Shown: positions 47,616-62,184 of the stretch, in pieces
Layout: each line of letters opens with the position of its first letter
Position numbering within the stretch: the first letter of the stretch is position 1
Source of the DNA: Chiloscyllium plagiosum
Taxonomy: Eukaryota
Direction of reading: 5' to 3'
Length of the DNA stretch: 64,000 bases
NCBI RefSeq assembly: GCF_004010195.1
Contig: NC_057719.1
Coordinates: forward strand, 53,439,282-53,503,281
Translations under genes and position numbers: made by a program
Notes under the pieces: model-generated
Seen by the model: only the letters and a program-made list of their open reading frames with translations
Told to the model about the DNA's origin: nothing
The model's database searches: none

Positions 47616-50600
47616 ATAATGTTGGTGCCAGGAATCTAGGGAGATGCCAGCAATGGTCAGGGTTCCTATCTGATAAGTGGGAGAATATGAACAGGGCACC
47701 ATGATGGGTGGGGGTGGGGGTTTACAGGGGTTGAGGTGAATTTTGGAAGCTAGGTGAGAAAACTTATTATGGCTCCTGAAGAGAATCCCTTCATGAAATG
47801 TGCCAAAATTGACACTTGGGTGATTTTTGGTCAAATTCAGCCCACAATTTAATGATTTTTTTTTTCTTATTTATGTTCAGAAAACTGTGGTCCCAAGATG
47901 TAACATTTTCTGTCTTCATAGGATCGATTAGAACAACAGTTCTATCACATGCACCATGACTAGGAATAATTAAGTTCTAAAGGCATGCTGGCAATGATTC
48001 GTTTCCAGGAAAGGGATTGCCAAGGAATCTCCAGACACAGAAGATACTGGAGAAAGAAAAGGGATGATTTGTACATGCTAAAGAGAGAAATGTAGTTTGT
48101 ACCACTTGTATCCTTATTGTTTCCTCCTCATATAAATTATATAGATAAAGATGGCTGAAATTTTCTCAAGCATTATATACTTCATTTCATAGTCTCTGCT
48201 TGTGTCACAGTTAATCACAATTAAACAATGCCTGTTTTGTATGGCTTTGCACTTGGAGAAAGCAATGATGTTTACTGATTCTACAGAAGTGAGTAGTTAG
48301 AGAATTTCAAGAACATATAACTGTAAGTTAAAAGAAGCTATCTGATTCATCAGTGAAGCTGTATTTGAAATCATTTTGTAGATTTCTTGCACCATATTTC
48401 AAAAGGGGGATTGATGTGATACAGTGAGCTTTGAGAAAAGGGGAAATGTTGTTTCTGCCATTTAGAAGTCTTAAGTTGTGTCAAGTAAATCATTGAACTT
48501 GCAAGTATTTGATTACATTCTATCATAATATTCTCCCAAGGGAATTGATAGCAAGAAATGATCCTGTGTTTGGACAATTAGTTCAGTGTTCAGACCAAAT
48601 TGTCCAGTCTCAGGAATCTTTTAGTTCGGTCTGAAATACACCCAATATTGGGCTTTGGGCCTCATTATAAATGAAGTTGGGGGACTTGGACTCTTGTTGG
48701 TGATGCTAGGTGGCTCATCAGGGAAGAAGTTAAAAATTGGACACTGTAGCCCTGATGTAATTGCATAAAAGGAGGAGAATAGTGAGTGAGAGGATGTGAC
48801 AGGAACAGGTAGAGATTAGATGGGCAACAATGAGATGACCAAGACTGAAGATGGAATGGTGGTGATCATGACGTTGGTCAGTCTAGAGAGGGATAAATAA
48901 TAAACAAAAACAGTCCACAATTTTAATAATGAGTTAAATGGAAACTGACAATTTGAGTTTAGGTTGGTATTTTAAAAAAAGACTTTGATTATCCATAGGT
49001 TTGTCAGTGAGGCCATAGTAGATCAGATTTTTCTGAACACAGGTGGCCCAGAACATGGAATTCACTGCTTCCCAATTCTAAAGAATGGTTCTCATACAGA
49101 CGATAGGCCTGCTTGGGTTATACATGTTTCAGGTGCAATTATGGCTGACTGAATATTTTTCTATACTAGTATTGTGGCAGGTGCACTTGCAACTCACAAT
49201 GTATCTATTTCTTTCCTGCATTACTGGAAGCTCAAGTACTATTTTAGTGCTTGAATAACAAATGTGGCTCCATTGACTTTCTAGGCCAATTTATTTTTAA
49301 TGGAGAAGGCCAAAAGGAAGCAAGGATCAAGAAATGGAAGGTTAATTTTATGTAACCAAGCTGCGAATGAAGAGATTCACCCAGTGACAGTGCAAATGAG
49401 ACATTTGAGTATGCATTATGCTTGATTTTCTAAGGCTCCTTGCAAGCAGATGTACTCATAAAATGATACCATGAAGGCTATTTCTGCAGAACAGAAATTC
49501 AAATATAACACAGTTGCTGGGTCAGTTTAGTTTTACTAACACTAACAAGTAAAAACCTAAAAACACTTAGCTATACCCATCACTCCTTCATCCAACACGC
49601 CTTCACCCCAATGCCTCCCCATAAATTGTATGTAGATTGAAAATTCAAAACTAAAGCTTTGTCAGAAATTAAGCTTTTGAAATTGAATATTATATCACAT
49701 TTATTTGATTTTTGTCATTTGTCATTAACTTTATTAAGTTAAATTCATCTCAAGAATTTGAACTCACTCAATGTGATTTCTGAGAAATTTGGATTAAATG
49801 TATTGAAACAAGTCAATGAAAGGAATATGAATTACTACAAATGTATTCTGATACTTTGGGAGTTGGGACTTTGGGAGTTAGTTAGAGGACTATCTAAAAA
49901 TTCAGGGGCGATACCATGATTTGTGCATGTATGAAGGTCTGAAAGGAGGAAAGTAAAGTAGAATTAGGTCTTGATGCTAATGTGGATAACTAGAAGATGT
50001 CATTTAACCTGAATAAATGTAGTCTTTATTCAAATGCACAGAACTAATGCCAAACGTGTATGGCACCAGGTATCCAAACTAGACTCTTGACTACAGAAAA
50101 GATCCTAGTGTTACAGTATGTAATTATACAAATGTTATAACCAGCACCGAATAGAATAAAAGAATATAGTAAAACATGATGTATTGGTAGGATTATTCCA
50201 TAAGAAACAGAAAGCACTGTATCGTTCTTGTATAATAATTTAATTACAGTTCAATTACTGTGTTTGATATTGGCCCCTCCATCTGTTAGGCAGTTTGTAG
50301 GCCTTAGAATAAATTCAGGTATGCATAGTATTTTCTTGGTGCATTTTTAATAAATATCATTGTATTTGATGAGAACAAATTTAACTTCGCTTTGAACACC
50401 ACTAATGTTTCTCGCTCCACCACATGTGCTAGTAATCTCTTCCACATAGTCATAGAGTCATGCAGAATGGAAACAGACCTTTCAGTCCAACCAGTCCATA
50501 CCGAACATGATCCCAAACCAAGCTAGTCCCACCTGTCTGCTCCTGGCCCATATCCCTCCAAACCTTTCCTATTCATGAATCTATCCAACTAGTTTTTAAA

Positions 50601-51739
50601 CATTGTATTTGTACCCACTTAAGGTTGTTCATTCCACACACAAACCACCCTCTGTGTAAAAGGTTTGCCCCTCATGTCTTTTTTAAATCTCTCTCCTCTC
50701 ACTTTAAAAATGCGTTCTCTAGTCTTGAAGTCCCTCATCCTAGGGAAAAGACAAATACCATTAACTCTATGTATACCTCTCATTATTTTACAAATTTCTA
50801 TCAGATCTCCCCTCAACCTCCTATGTTCCATGGAAAGAAGTCCCAGCCTATTCAGCCTGTCTTTATTAACTCCACCCTTCCAGACTTGGCAACATCCTGG
50901 CAAATCTCTTCTGAACCCTCCAGTTTGATAATATATTTCCTGCAACTGCGCAACCAGAACTGGACACTGCATTCCAGAAGAGGACTCACCAATGCCCTGT
51001 ACAACCTCCACATGACTTCCCAACTCCTATACTCAAAGGACTGAGCAATGGGAACATGTCTGCTAAAAGCGTTTTTAACCACCCTGTCTGTATGTGAAAC
51101 AAAAAAAATGTACCTGCATCCCTAGGTCCCTCTGTTTTGCAACACTACTCAAGGTCCTATCAGTAATTGTATAAGCCCTACCCTTGTTTTTTGTACCAAA
51201 ATGCAATACCTCGCATTTATTCAATTGGAATTCCATCTGCTATTTTCAATCCATAGACCTATTTGATCAAGATCCCTTTGTTGTCTTAGAAAACCTTCTT
51301 CACTGTCACTGATGTCACCAGTAAGTTTGCGGATAACAATTTTGGTGTCATCCTCAAACCTATTAACCATGCCTTCTATATTCTCATCTAAATCATGTCT
51401 GTAAGTGAAAAAGAAAAGAGTACCCAGCACCGATTGCTGTGGCAACCACTGGTCACAGGCCTCCGGTCCGAAAAGCAACCCATTACCATTACTCTGTCTC
51501 CTGCCATTAGGCCAATTATGTATCCAATTGGTAAGCTCACTCTGAATTCCACTGGCCTAACTTTACTAATCAGTCTACCATGCAGATCCTTGTTGAAGAC
51601 TTTACTAAAATCCAGTTAACAACATCTATCACTCTGTCCTCATCAATCTTTTTGATAACTTCCTCAAAAAACTCAATAAAGTTTGTGAGACACAGTTTTC
51701 TTTGCACAAAGCCATGCTGACTATTCCTAATCAATCTTT

Positions 51740-51957
51740 CCTGCTTGGTCACGTAATTGTACTGATGTATCCTGTGTGCAGGTTGTGAGTGTGGACTCCA
51801 TCTGAATTTCAAGGTTGTGGTGCCTGCTATAGAATTGGTGCATGAGATGATTGAGGAGTTTACAAGAGCTGTGATGGCAAAGTCTCTCTGCGTAGTCTGT
51901 GTTGTAGGTCAACCTAAGTGGGTTCGTGATCCGTAATTCTTTCGGGATCTTTCCTCA
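51740..51957 (-). mobile_element. Isolated N-terminal fragment of a Penelope-like ORF with 12-bp TSD
   Basis: TAATCAATCTTT at 51728-51739 and 51958-51969; minus frame KIPKELRITNPLRLTYNTDYAERLCHHSSCKLLNHL resembles vertebrate PLE N-terminal domains (recalled, not searched). Confidence 0.65.
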
Positions 51958-52100
51958 TAATCAATCTTTGCCTTTCTAAATGTCCACAAAGCCTCGTCTT
52001 CATATTCATCCAACAATTTAATCACAACCAAAGTTAGACTCACAGGTCTATAGTTCCCCAGTTTCTCCTGACAACACTTCTTAAACAAAGGAACAACAAT

Positions 52101-52963
52101 AGAAGGTTACCTGACCAGATGGGCCAATGTGCTGAGAAGTGGCAGATGGAATTCAATTCAGATAAATGCGAGGTGCTGTATTTTGGGACAGCAAATCTTA
52201 GCAGGAATTATACACTTAATGGTAAGGTCCTAGGGAGTGTTGCTAAACAAAGAGACCTTGGAATGCAAGTTCATTGTTCCTTGAAAGTGAAGTCGCAGGT
52301 AGATAAGGATAGTGAAGAAGGTGTTTGGTATGCTTTCCTTTATTGGGCAGAGTATTGAATACAGGAGTTGGGAGGTCATCTCCCAGCTGTACAGGACATT
52401 GATTAGACCATTGTTGGAATATTGCATGCAATTCTGGTCTCCTTCCTATTGGAAAGATGTTGTGAAACTTGAAGGTGTTCAGAAAAGATTTACAAGGATG
52501 GTGCCAGGGTTGGAGGATTTGAGCTATTGGGAGAGGCTGAACAGGCCAGGGTTGTTTTCCCTGGAGCATTGGAGGCTGAGGGGTGACCTTATAGTCAGCT
52601 TATAAAATCATGAGGGGCAGGGATAGGATAAATAGACAAAGGCTTTTCCCTGGGGTCGGAGAGTCCAGAACTAGAGGGCATAGGTTTAGGGTGAGAGGGG
52701 AAAGATATAAAAGAGACCTCAGGGGCAACTTTTTCATGCAGAGGGCAGTACATAATTGGAATGAGCTGCCAGAGGAAGTGGTGGAGGCTGGTATAGTTGC
52801 AACATTTAAAAGGCATTTGGATGGGTATACAAATAGGAAGGGTTTGGAGGGATATGGGCTGGGTGCTGGCAGATGGGACTAGATTGGGTTGGGATATCTG
52901 GTTGGCATGGACGAGTTGGACCAAAGGGTTTGTTTCCGTGCTGTACATCTCTATGACTCTAAG
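52101..52963 (+). mobile_element. Young CR1 3' fragment inserted antisense into the older CR1
   Basis: ORFs 52119, 52312 and 52610; tail CTCTATGACTCTAAG; host CR1 resumes at about 52968. Confidence 0.95.
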
Positions 52964-55900
52964 ACTGTATTAGCCATCCTCCAGTCATCAAACACTTCAC
53001 CCATAGTTATAGCTGATGCAAATATTTCTGCAAGGGCTCTGATAATTTTCTCTCTTACTTCCCACAGTGTTCTGCGATATATTAGATCAGGTCCTGGAGA
53101 TTTACCCATCTTTATATTCTTTAAGACCTCCCAAACTTCCTCTTCTGTAATGTGAACTGTTTTTCAAACATCAAAGTTCATTTCTCTGCATTGCCTCAAC
53201 TCCATTTGTTTCTCCACAGTAAAAACTGACCTGAAATATTCATTTAGTATCTCTCCCATCTCCTGGGGTTCAACACAAAGACAAGTTCCTTGATCTTTGA
53301 GGCTTTGACTTCTCTGTAGTTACCTTCTTGCTCTTAATGTATTTGTAGAATCTCTTTGGCAGATAAGATTAAGGATAATCCAATGCTATCGATATCCCCT
53401 CTTTGCCTTCCTGATTTCTATCTTAAGAATGCCCCGGCACTCTTTATATTGATTAAGTGATTCAATTGAATATGTTAAAACAAGGTACTCTTTTATCCTT
53501 GATGGAAACCTCAATATCTTTATTCATCTATTGTTCCTTAATTTTTCAAGCTTACCCTTCACTGTAAAAGGACCAAAATGCTCTGAACTCTCATCACACT
53601 GTTGAAACCATCCCACTTGTCAGATGTCCTATTTACCTGCGAACAGTCTAATCCAATCAACTTATGAAAGTTCTTGTCTCATACCATTAAAATGTGTCTT
53701 GCTCCAATTAACATCATTAATTTTTATGAAAGGCCTATCCTTTTCCATAACTATTTTGAAACTAATAGAATTATGACCACTGGACCCAAAGTGTTCCCCA
53801 CTTTTACTTCAGTCACCTGCCCTACCTTATTGCCCAAAAGGAGGTCTGGTTTTGCTCCTTCTCGAGTTAGAGCATCCAAGTATCGATAAAGAAAATTTTC
53901 TTGAACGCATTTGACAAACTCTTCACCATCAAAATCTTTAACTCTAAGGTAGCCCCAGCCAATGTTTGGAAAATTAAAATTTCCCATTATTATAACCTTA
54001 TTATGCTTACACATATCCAAGTTCTCCCTACATATTTGCTTCTCAATTTCCCTCTTACTATTGGGGGGGCTATCATACAATCCTACCAAATCTTTCCTTT
54101 CTTATTTGTAATTTCTACCTATATATTTTCACCTGAAGAATTTTCAGAAACATCTTCCCTCATTACAGCAGTAATGTTTACCTAAATCAAAAATGTCATG
54201 TCCCTTCTTTTCTTGCCACTTTTTCTATCCTTCCTATAGTATCTAAAACCCAGAACATTGAGCTGCCAGTCTTGTCCATCTCTCAGCCAAGTTTCTGTAA
54301 TAGTTATGATGTCCCAATCTCTTGTTCTTAAACATGCCCTAAGTTCATCAGCCTTACCTGTGAGACCCCTTGCACTGAAATAAAAGCAATTTAGTTCTTT
54401 AGAGTTACTACATACTCTGACTCTCTTTTGTCCTCCTTTTCTAAATGACGTGCTCCCCTCATATTCAGAAGCTTCCCCATCAATCCTTCTATTTACACTG
54501 CTACTTAGAATTCCTCCACCCCCTTTCTCTATCAGTATAAAGAGTGTTTTAATGGAATAAGTATATTTCCCTACTAAGATATTGGTCCCTTTCCAGTTTA
54601 GGTTACACCCATCATTTTTGAACAGATCTTTTCTATCCCAAAAGACATTCTAATTGACCAAAAACCTTAATCCCTGAACAATACACCGGCTCTTCAACCT
54701 TTGATTTACCTCCTTTAGCCTTTTGTTCTTCCTTTGTTTGAGTTTAGAATTGAGAGTAAAACCAGAAATAATTACTTTTAAGGGTCTGTTTTTTAAATCT
54801 TTGACCTAACCTGTTAAATTTACTCTGTAATGTCTTAATCTTACCCTAAGTCCTACCAATGTGTACAAAAATTACTGATTTCTCAATCTCACTTTTAACA
54901 ATATGCTTAATAGATTTCCTTAATCCTAGCACCAGGCAAGCAACAAACAATCCTAAATTTACATTCACTGCCACAAAATCTCTTACATATGACCCTGACT
55001 GGAGAGTCCCCAATAACACTAATTCTGTTCAGTTTTGTCAAATGCTGCCTAAAATAAGAATTATTCCAAGTGCAAGACAATAACTGACTGTCCCTTCCAT
55101 TTTCCTCAGAGAGACTATCCTCTTGTATAGTTCCAAAAACTGAATATCTATTTGATAGAGGAATAATCACTGGACACTTTTGAACTACCTTTTTACCATT
55201 CCCGACAGTCATCCATCTATTTGACTGATCCTGCTGTGTAATAACTTCTCTTAATCTATTAGCCATCTCATTCTGTATTTCATATATTGCCTCAATAATA
55301 AAAAGTCTAAAGAAAGTTTCAAGAACACCTTTTATATAAAATAAGCTACCTTTCATTACTGACAATGAACAATGTGAAAATGGAATAAAATAAATATATA
55401 TATGTCAAACATATTAAACTTAAATAAAAAAACCACTTTGGTGATTAATTGAATAAAAAAATGACTCTTCGTCAATAAATCGATCGAAGCAAAATAAATT
55501 TTCTGCAGAGCCGACCATGAGTAGGGCTCTCTGGAACAAAAACACAACACCTTATTTTTAAAAAAAGCTTGAAGAAAAAACCCTTCTATTGATTTTCCTA
55601 AATAGTAAGTGTTCTTTTTTATATGTCCTATTTTGATTTGTAATTATGACCTGCGTGCATGAACACAAATGGAATTCAAAGTTCGTTGATCAGAACCAGG
55701 ATAAGGGATAGTGTTCTACAATTAACCTCAGTATTTGTGGATAAGCAAATTGCCATTATTTAAGGAGAGATTAGATATTCTGGATAATTCAGATAACTGG
55801 AATATTCTAGTTTATGAACATCAGCTACATCGGGCTGTGTTACACTATTTCTTGAGTTAAGGTGGATGTGGAGATTTGAATGAATATAAGCAGTATATCT

Positions 55901-56267
55901 TATGTACCTTAGCACAACGTCATGGGCAAAAGGGCCTGTTCTGTGCTCTACTTTTCTCTGTATAATTGGGACCTAATTAATGAAATATCAGCAAAGATCC
56001 AATGAATATTCCATCAAAAACACAGCTCCCAGAGATAGGCAGTTTTGAAAATTCTATTTTTCCCCATGTTTTAATTCTTTGAAGGGCTTTTCAAAGTTAT
56101 ACATCTTTTATAATAATAAGAAGCAGTTTGATTGCATATGAAAAATAATTGAAACAAATGATGTCAATATTACAGGCCACCTTTGAGGCATAGCAGGCCA
56201 ACAGCCTTTATACTACTCCCTGAAGATTTATCTGAGATATAATAAACAGTAAACATGCAAGATTGAT

Positions 56268-56940
56268 CATAGTTGTGGAATCATACAACATGGAAACAGG
56301 CCCCTCAATCTAACCAGTCCATGCTGACCATGTTCCCAAACTAAACTCGTCCTACTTGCCTGTGTTTGGCCCATAACCCTCTAAACATTTCCTATTCATG
56401 TACCTGTCCAAATGTCTTTTAAATGTTGTAACTGTACCTACATCCTCACTTCCTCTGGCAGTTCCTTGCAGACACAAACAACTCTCTGTAAAAAGGTTAC
56501 CCCTCATGTCCTTTTCTAAAACTTTCTCTTCTCACCTTAAAAATATGATCCTAGTTTTGAACTCCCCCACCCAAGGGGAAAAGTTGATTTTATAAACTTC
56601 AACAAGGTCACCCTTAACCTCTAAGCTCCTGTGAATAATGTCCCAGCCTATCCAGCCAATTTTTTAATCTCAAACCTTCCATTCCCATCAACATTCTGGT
56701 AAATCGTTTAATACTATCCTTCCCACAGCAGAACAACAAGAACTGCACACAGCATTCCAGAAAAGGCCTTCCTAATGTTCTGTACAACCTCAGCACTAGT
56801 CCCACTGAAAAGATTGAGAAATGAAGGCAAGCGTGCGAAATACCCTCCCCAGCTGTGATGCGAATTTCAAAGGATTATGCCCCTGAACCCTTCAATCTCT
56901 CGGTTCCACAAACTACCCAGGGTCCTGCCATCAATTGTAA
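56268..56940 (-). mobile_element. CR1 3' fragment
   Basis: LRLYRTLGRPFLECCVQF; 3'UTR matches other CR1 tails. Confidence 0.9.
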
Positions 56941-59319
56941 CTTGCCAGTCATCACCTCAAGGTTTTGTCAGCTTACTCGAATAGTAGATTTGACCGATAT
57001 CATCATTAACAACAACAGTGCAAAGTTGTGCCTTTGCAAGAAATGGGCCTTCAGAGCTCTAGTTTAAATTTGGTTTAAACCAACGAGACATTTGCGTCAA
57101 TTCTAATTTGTTTACTAGTCCAACAGAATACTAGCTGAAAGGTGTCAGCAATGGTTTTTTTTCTACGAAATGTTGCAATTGAAGATTGTCCTAAATAATC
57201 AACAAAAATACACTAATTTTACAATGTAATGAAAATAGAATAATTGCATAGCAAACCAAGTAGCAACATTAAAATAAAAATCATTGTCCTGTTTCATGAT
57301 GCATAATGTGTTTTAAATATTTATTTTGGACATTGGTACATTTTTTAAAAGCAAAATGAATGCACTGATGTAAATGTACCACTGATATTAAACACAATTA
57401 GAATGTGAATTACAGCACTGATGGCTTCAAATGCTAATTGGATAACTACTCTTCTTCACTGGCAGAGAACTTTTGGTCCTAATGAATGTCTATCGAAACA
57501 TGCAGAATTTTATTAACTGCACAGAGGTATCAAGTTCCTGTCCAAATTAATTGGTCAGTAAAATTACCAACAATCCAAATATTTAACCATACTTGATTAC
57601 TTTTTCACTGTTAATATTTCAATGCCACTGGCTATTCAACAAATAGATTTATTTTGGGATATAAAAACAAGTTCACTTTATTGTTGTAATCCTTTGATTC
57701 CTCCTTGACAAATAATGATAAATTTTTATTGATTATGGTCAATGGTCCTGGGGTCCGATGTTCTTGGGGTATTGGCCTCACATGAGAATAAGCAGAATAA
57801 TGCCTGGATATAAAGCAATGTGTCAATCAAGTGAACCTAATAGGATGAAGCATCTTCTATTTCTAGAGCAGTGGCTGGAAGATCAAAGAGGTCATGTAAA
57901 CAGTTGTTCACATTGCCCCATTCTCAGGAAGGATTATTAACTGACTAACCTTGAAAGAAGTGTCATTGGAGAAAGACTGTACAGGACTTATTTTCGAGAA
58001 TGGGTAATTTTAAAAAATATTAACAATTGCGATACCACTTAGGTCCTTCTTATGTGCAAAATATTTAGCACTTGATTTGTTTCTGTCAGGCATTTACACT
58101 ATTTAAATCCTTAAAGTCATAATCTGATTTCTAATACACATGACATAATTTATTGGTCATGGCTGCCTTTTATTAACATAACTCTTCCTGTTTTTAACCT
58201 TTTCCTTCCAGTTTTCATTTCTGACAGTGCTGGCCACCCTCGCTCTCTCAAGCACCTACTCTTGACTTGTTAATCTGTAGCACTGGCAACCTATTTGACA
58301 AATGGTAGCACAATGACCTAGCTCAATCTTACCAATCTTATATGCTCACTATCTTGCAGTTGTTGAATCTTTTGAAGATTATGTTTCATGCTTCTTCAGC
58401 CTAGGCCATTGGCTCCTGTTGCTATACTGCCACAACTAACATGATTGAGATCAGCTAACTCACCTCAGTATGATAATCGACCATTCTACCACTGAACCTC
58501 AATGGCTATATTTACCTTACTGTCTGGTTACCACTGATGATTAAAATACAATGAGGAGGGACTCTGCAACATGCTACAATCTAGATTTTACGCAGAAAAT
58601 TGCAATACCACATTACAATTGCCCATGAATAGAACTTGGTCACAATCCAACTGGATGTTTGATAAGAATTTAGAAGTTATTTAAAACAGCATCATTTCAT
58701 CTACTCTCCTGGGTAACCATCTGTGAAGAGTGGTCACATTAGACTACAGCTGTATTCAAGTGTAATGCATTACATTAGTACTCACACAATTCTCTTTTAG
58801 TCAAGCTGCGGGCAACATTTCTAAGCACTATATTAGTGCAGTTCTTTCTTATTTTTGACAGTATTTTTTTCATCAAACTGACTTGTGGAGAATGGACATT
58901 TCTTGTTTTAAAATGTAGTCCAGAAACCAGACTTAGACTTGACTGGCAGAGTCATCTTTAAGTGAGCAGCAAAATAACATGCTAATGACCAGGGTATTTC
59001 GATTTGGCTGTGTACCACATGTGGTCTACTTGTTATTCTTGGTCACTACACTCGATAAACTGTTAATCCCTATAGTTGGCCTACAAAGCCAACAACTTAA
59101 TTCTATCAGGGATTACACAAATTGCTTAGCAGCACCTGCAACTTCCTATTGAGCACTTTCTTCCTTGACCATAATTCACACACACGTGAACATTCTTTAT
59201 GAATACCTTCATCATAAATTGTAAACACATTTTTGATTATTAAAAACATGCCATTTACTTCAACAAATCTATTGTTCTCACTTATACCTAGGATATTAGT
59301 GGTATATCAGAGTCTAGAG

Positions 59320-59540
59320 TTAGAATACTAGTAATATTGCTGGATTGGTACTTCAGAGAGCTAGTTAATGATCGAGAGCATGGATTCAAATTCCATCCCA
59401 TGATAACTGGTAGAATTTAAATGCAATTTAAGGCAACACTTCCAATAATCGGTAATTGATAAGCTCTTCTCAGTAATAGTAATGAAAGTATCATTAAATG
59501 CCAGTTGCAGAAATTTGAACCCAGTGGTATGCCAGCTTTC
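59320..59540 (+). mobile_element. Diverged tRNA-headed SINE related to 10653-10988
   Basis: AGTAATATTGCTGGA...GGATTCAAATTCC...GGTAGAATTTAAAT resembles the head at 10660-10770. Confidence 0.5.
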
Positions 59541-59544
59541 AGAA

Positions 59545-60530
59545 TGACAGTAAGTGGCAAGCGGGGTCGAATGGAGTCTCTGCTGGAGTCTGAAATTTTT
59601 ATAATTTGTATCCTTGACTTAGATGAGAAGATCAAAGGCATGTTGGCTAAATTTGCAGATGACAGAAATATAGGTAGAAGGGTCTCTTTTTCAGATGATA
59701 AAACAAAAATGCAGACTTGTATACGTAGGTCATATGAGAGAAGATGTGACAAAATATGAAACTGTTCACTTTGGCAGGAAGAATAAAATGCAGAGTATTA
59801 GCTGAGCTGAGAATAACTATAAAATTCTGAGTCGTGGGGGATCTGGGTGATCTATGCATAAAACACAAACATTGGTAAGCAGCTGTAATATCTAATCAGA
59901 AAGGCTCGGGCATGTTCGTCTTTATTGTGTGAAGAATTGATCATGACAATAAATATTATATGATTCAGTTATACAATGCATTTGTAATCCCACATTTTAA
60001 ACACTGTATAGATTTGGTCACTCTACTGAGGCGGGGGCATAGATGTGTTAGAGGTGGTTTCAGAAATGTTTACAAGCTTGATAACTGGAATGAACAAGTT
60101 GCCCTTGAGGAAAGATTGACTAGACTGGGTTTGTTTTCAGAAGAATTCAGAAGAGCTAGGGTTGATTTAATTGATGTTTATGATATCCTGAAAATTCTTG
60201 ACAGGTGAACACGAAAAGAATAATTACTTTTACTGATGAGTCCAAAACTAGAGAAGACTGTTCGAAATTAGGCATTGACCTTTTAGGATACAGATTGTGA
60301 GAGTTTTGCCTCTTAGAAGACTGTAGAATTTTGAACTCAGAATTGAGTGGAGACAGGGTCATTGAATATTTTTGAGGCAGAAGTAGATAGATTATTGTTA
60401 GGCAAAGTTATTGAGGATTATTCGGTTAGATGAAAATGCAGAATTTGGAATGTAAGCAGATTAACCATGATTCCATTGAATGAATGGTGGAGCTGACTTC
60501 AGGGTCTGAATGATTATCTTCTGTCCCTAA
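59545..60530 (+). mobile_element. Old CR1 3' fragment
   Basis: LAKFADDRNIG, LYNAFVIPHF..C, RLGLFS...RARVDLIDVY.IL. Confidence 0.85.
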
Positions 60531-60942
60531 TTTGTATGTGTATCTGGTGTTCAATGCAGATAATGCGGTCTCACCCACTGACCAAAAAGCTGCTGTAAGT
60601 CCCATATGGCCTTATTTGGGAAAGGTCCACAGGTATCAAGTGTGTCTCAGGCACCAACGTGGCCAGCACCAAACCTCCTCTTGCATCAAAGCCCTTGGGG
60701 TGAAAATCCCAGTCGCTCAGCCAAGAAGTGAGAGTTGATTTGTTCAGAGGCTTGCAGCTGTCCATTGTAGGCAGCAGCCGGAGGAGCAATTGCAAACTAG
60801 CCAGACAGAAGCCTTGGATAGCCAAAAGGTACAGGCCATTCATGAATTATGATGGGATTGGTATTGAGGGATTTGATTTCACGTATGAGGTGAACAATGT
60901 GGGAATTGTGTTAAATTATGTTATGAGCCCAAACCCCCCACA

Positions 60943-61070
60943 TTCCTAATGAGGAACTTATACCTGAAAGGTCGACTCACCTGCTCCTCAGATGCTGCCT
61001 GACCTGCTGTGCTTTTCCAGTGCCACACCTTTGACTCTGATCTCCAGCATCTGCAGTCCTCCCTTTCTCC
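60943..61070 (+). mobile_element. Single Penelope-end fragment (degenerate hammerhead)
   Basis: CCTAATGAGGAACTTATACCTGAAAGGTCGAC...GATGCTGCCTGACCTGCTGTGCTTTTCCAG...CCAGCATCTGCAGTCCTC. Confidence 0.8.
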
Positions 61071-62184
61071 TTGCCAATACTATGTTGTGATCCTAGGCCA
61101 GACTGCAAACTTTAGGTCATGAATTGCATGGGGCCAATAACCTTTTTAAAATAGACAAAAGCTGAGTCCAGAAGTAACCTCAGCAATGTTTTGTAAATTG
61201 GGCTTTATGTGCGATTACTACTTTACCTGCTGCTTCTTGAATATCATCAAGTGGCAAGATGAGACCATTAAGGCTGACAGGGATCCATCTGTTTCCTGTT
61301 CCACACTTAATCTGGGTAGACACAGGCATGAAGCAGGGTCCTTATCTGCTGTTTCTTTGTTCTAACTGAACATATGCATACATCGATCTCCCTATCTAAG
61401 ATCCTCCCTTAATCAGATGGGATAAGTGCATTAGTATCAACGTAACTCCACAAATGTTTACACCTTGTTATTCTGCCTAAACTTTAGATATCTTTAAATG
61501 TTCAGTTCATAGTCTTAGTCACCATGCAACAATGACAGTTATTTTAGGCAAGAGTTATTTTTGATGGGCTACAGAGGCTTAGGGAATCTCAGGTTTATGT
61601 TTGTGAAAATTCTACCTATGGTTACTTATTTTACACAATATTGAATAAAATTGAATCAATTAATTATTCTTGACTCCTGAATGTTTTGGCACTCAAAATG
61701 GCTTTTTTTCTAATTGCATAATATTTGATCTCTTTTTTAACATAACAATATATTTTAAATTTCAAACAGATATCTTTCATTGGTTAATTCTCTAGGCTTT
61801 AAAATTATCCTGACTGGCATTATTAATAAATTTAAAATGACACCAATGCTGTCGTGAGGGATTGTACACCTATTCTGGTTATAATTGAAAATAAATTATG
61901 CAGAGTCCAATTGAATGCACAAAGCAAACAATATTTATTTACATCTTGCAACAAGTATTGGTTTCTGCAATATTTTAGTTAATTTTTGGTGAAACAGATT
62001 GTTTGCAAAGATAGGCAATTTATTCAAATGCAACAACTTCTCTGCATGAAGGAAAATGTCAGTTCAGACAGATCAAGAGCTGTGTTACTGGCTGAATACT
62101 CCAAGGGCTTATTACACACAATTAAACAAACTTTGCAGATAGACCTTGAAAGTTTCCTTTAAATGCTTTGATTCATCACGAGGT

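Larger units (their letters stand above)
50447..55270 (-). mobile_element. Near-full-length older CR1 (ORF1 esterase, EN, RT, 3'UTR) with two nested insertions
   Basis: ORFs 54907-55365 (NRY, IGDS, CLPGARIKE), 53751-54089 (GNFNFPNIGW), 51570-51812 (QHGF), 51221-51478 (FEDDTK) and 50619-51023; tail at 50447. Confidence 0.92.

Noticed and set aside
58390..58510. Possible ancient SINE fragment (GAGATCAGCTAACTCA); similar hints at 20520-20600 and 35940-36050
   Set aside because: Too short and diverged to assign by eye.
60530..60940. GC-richer segment with short ORFs, possible DNA-transposon remnant
   Set aside because: No diagnostic motif found.
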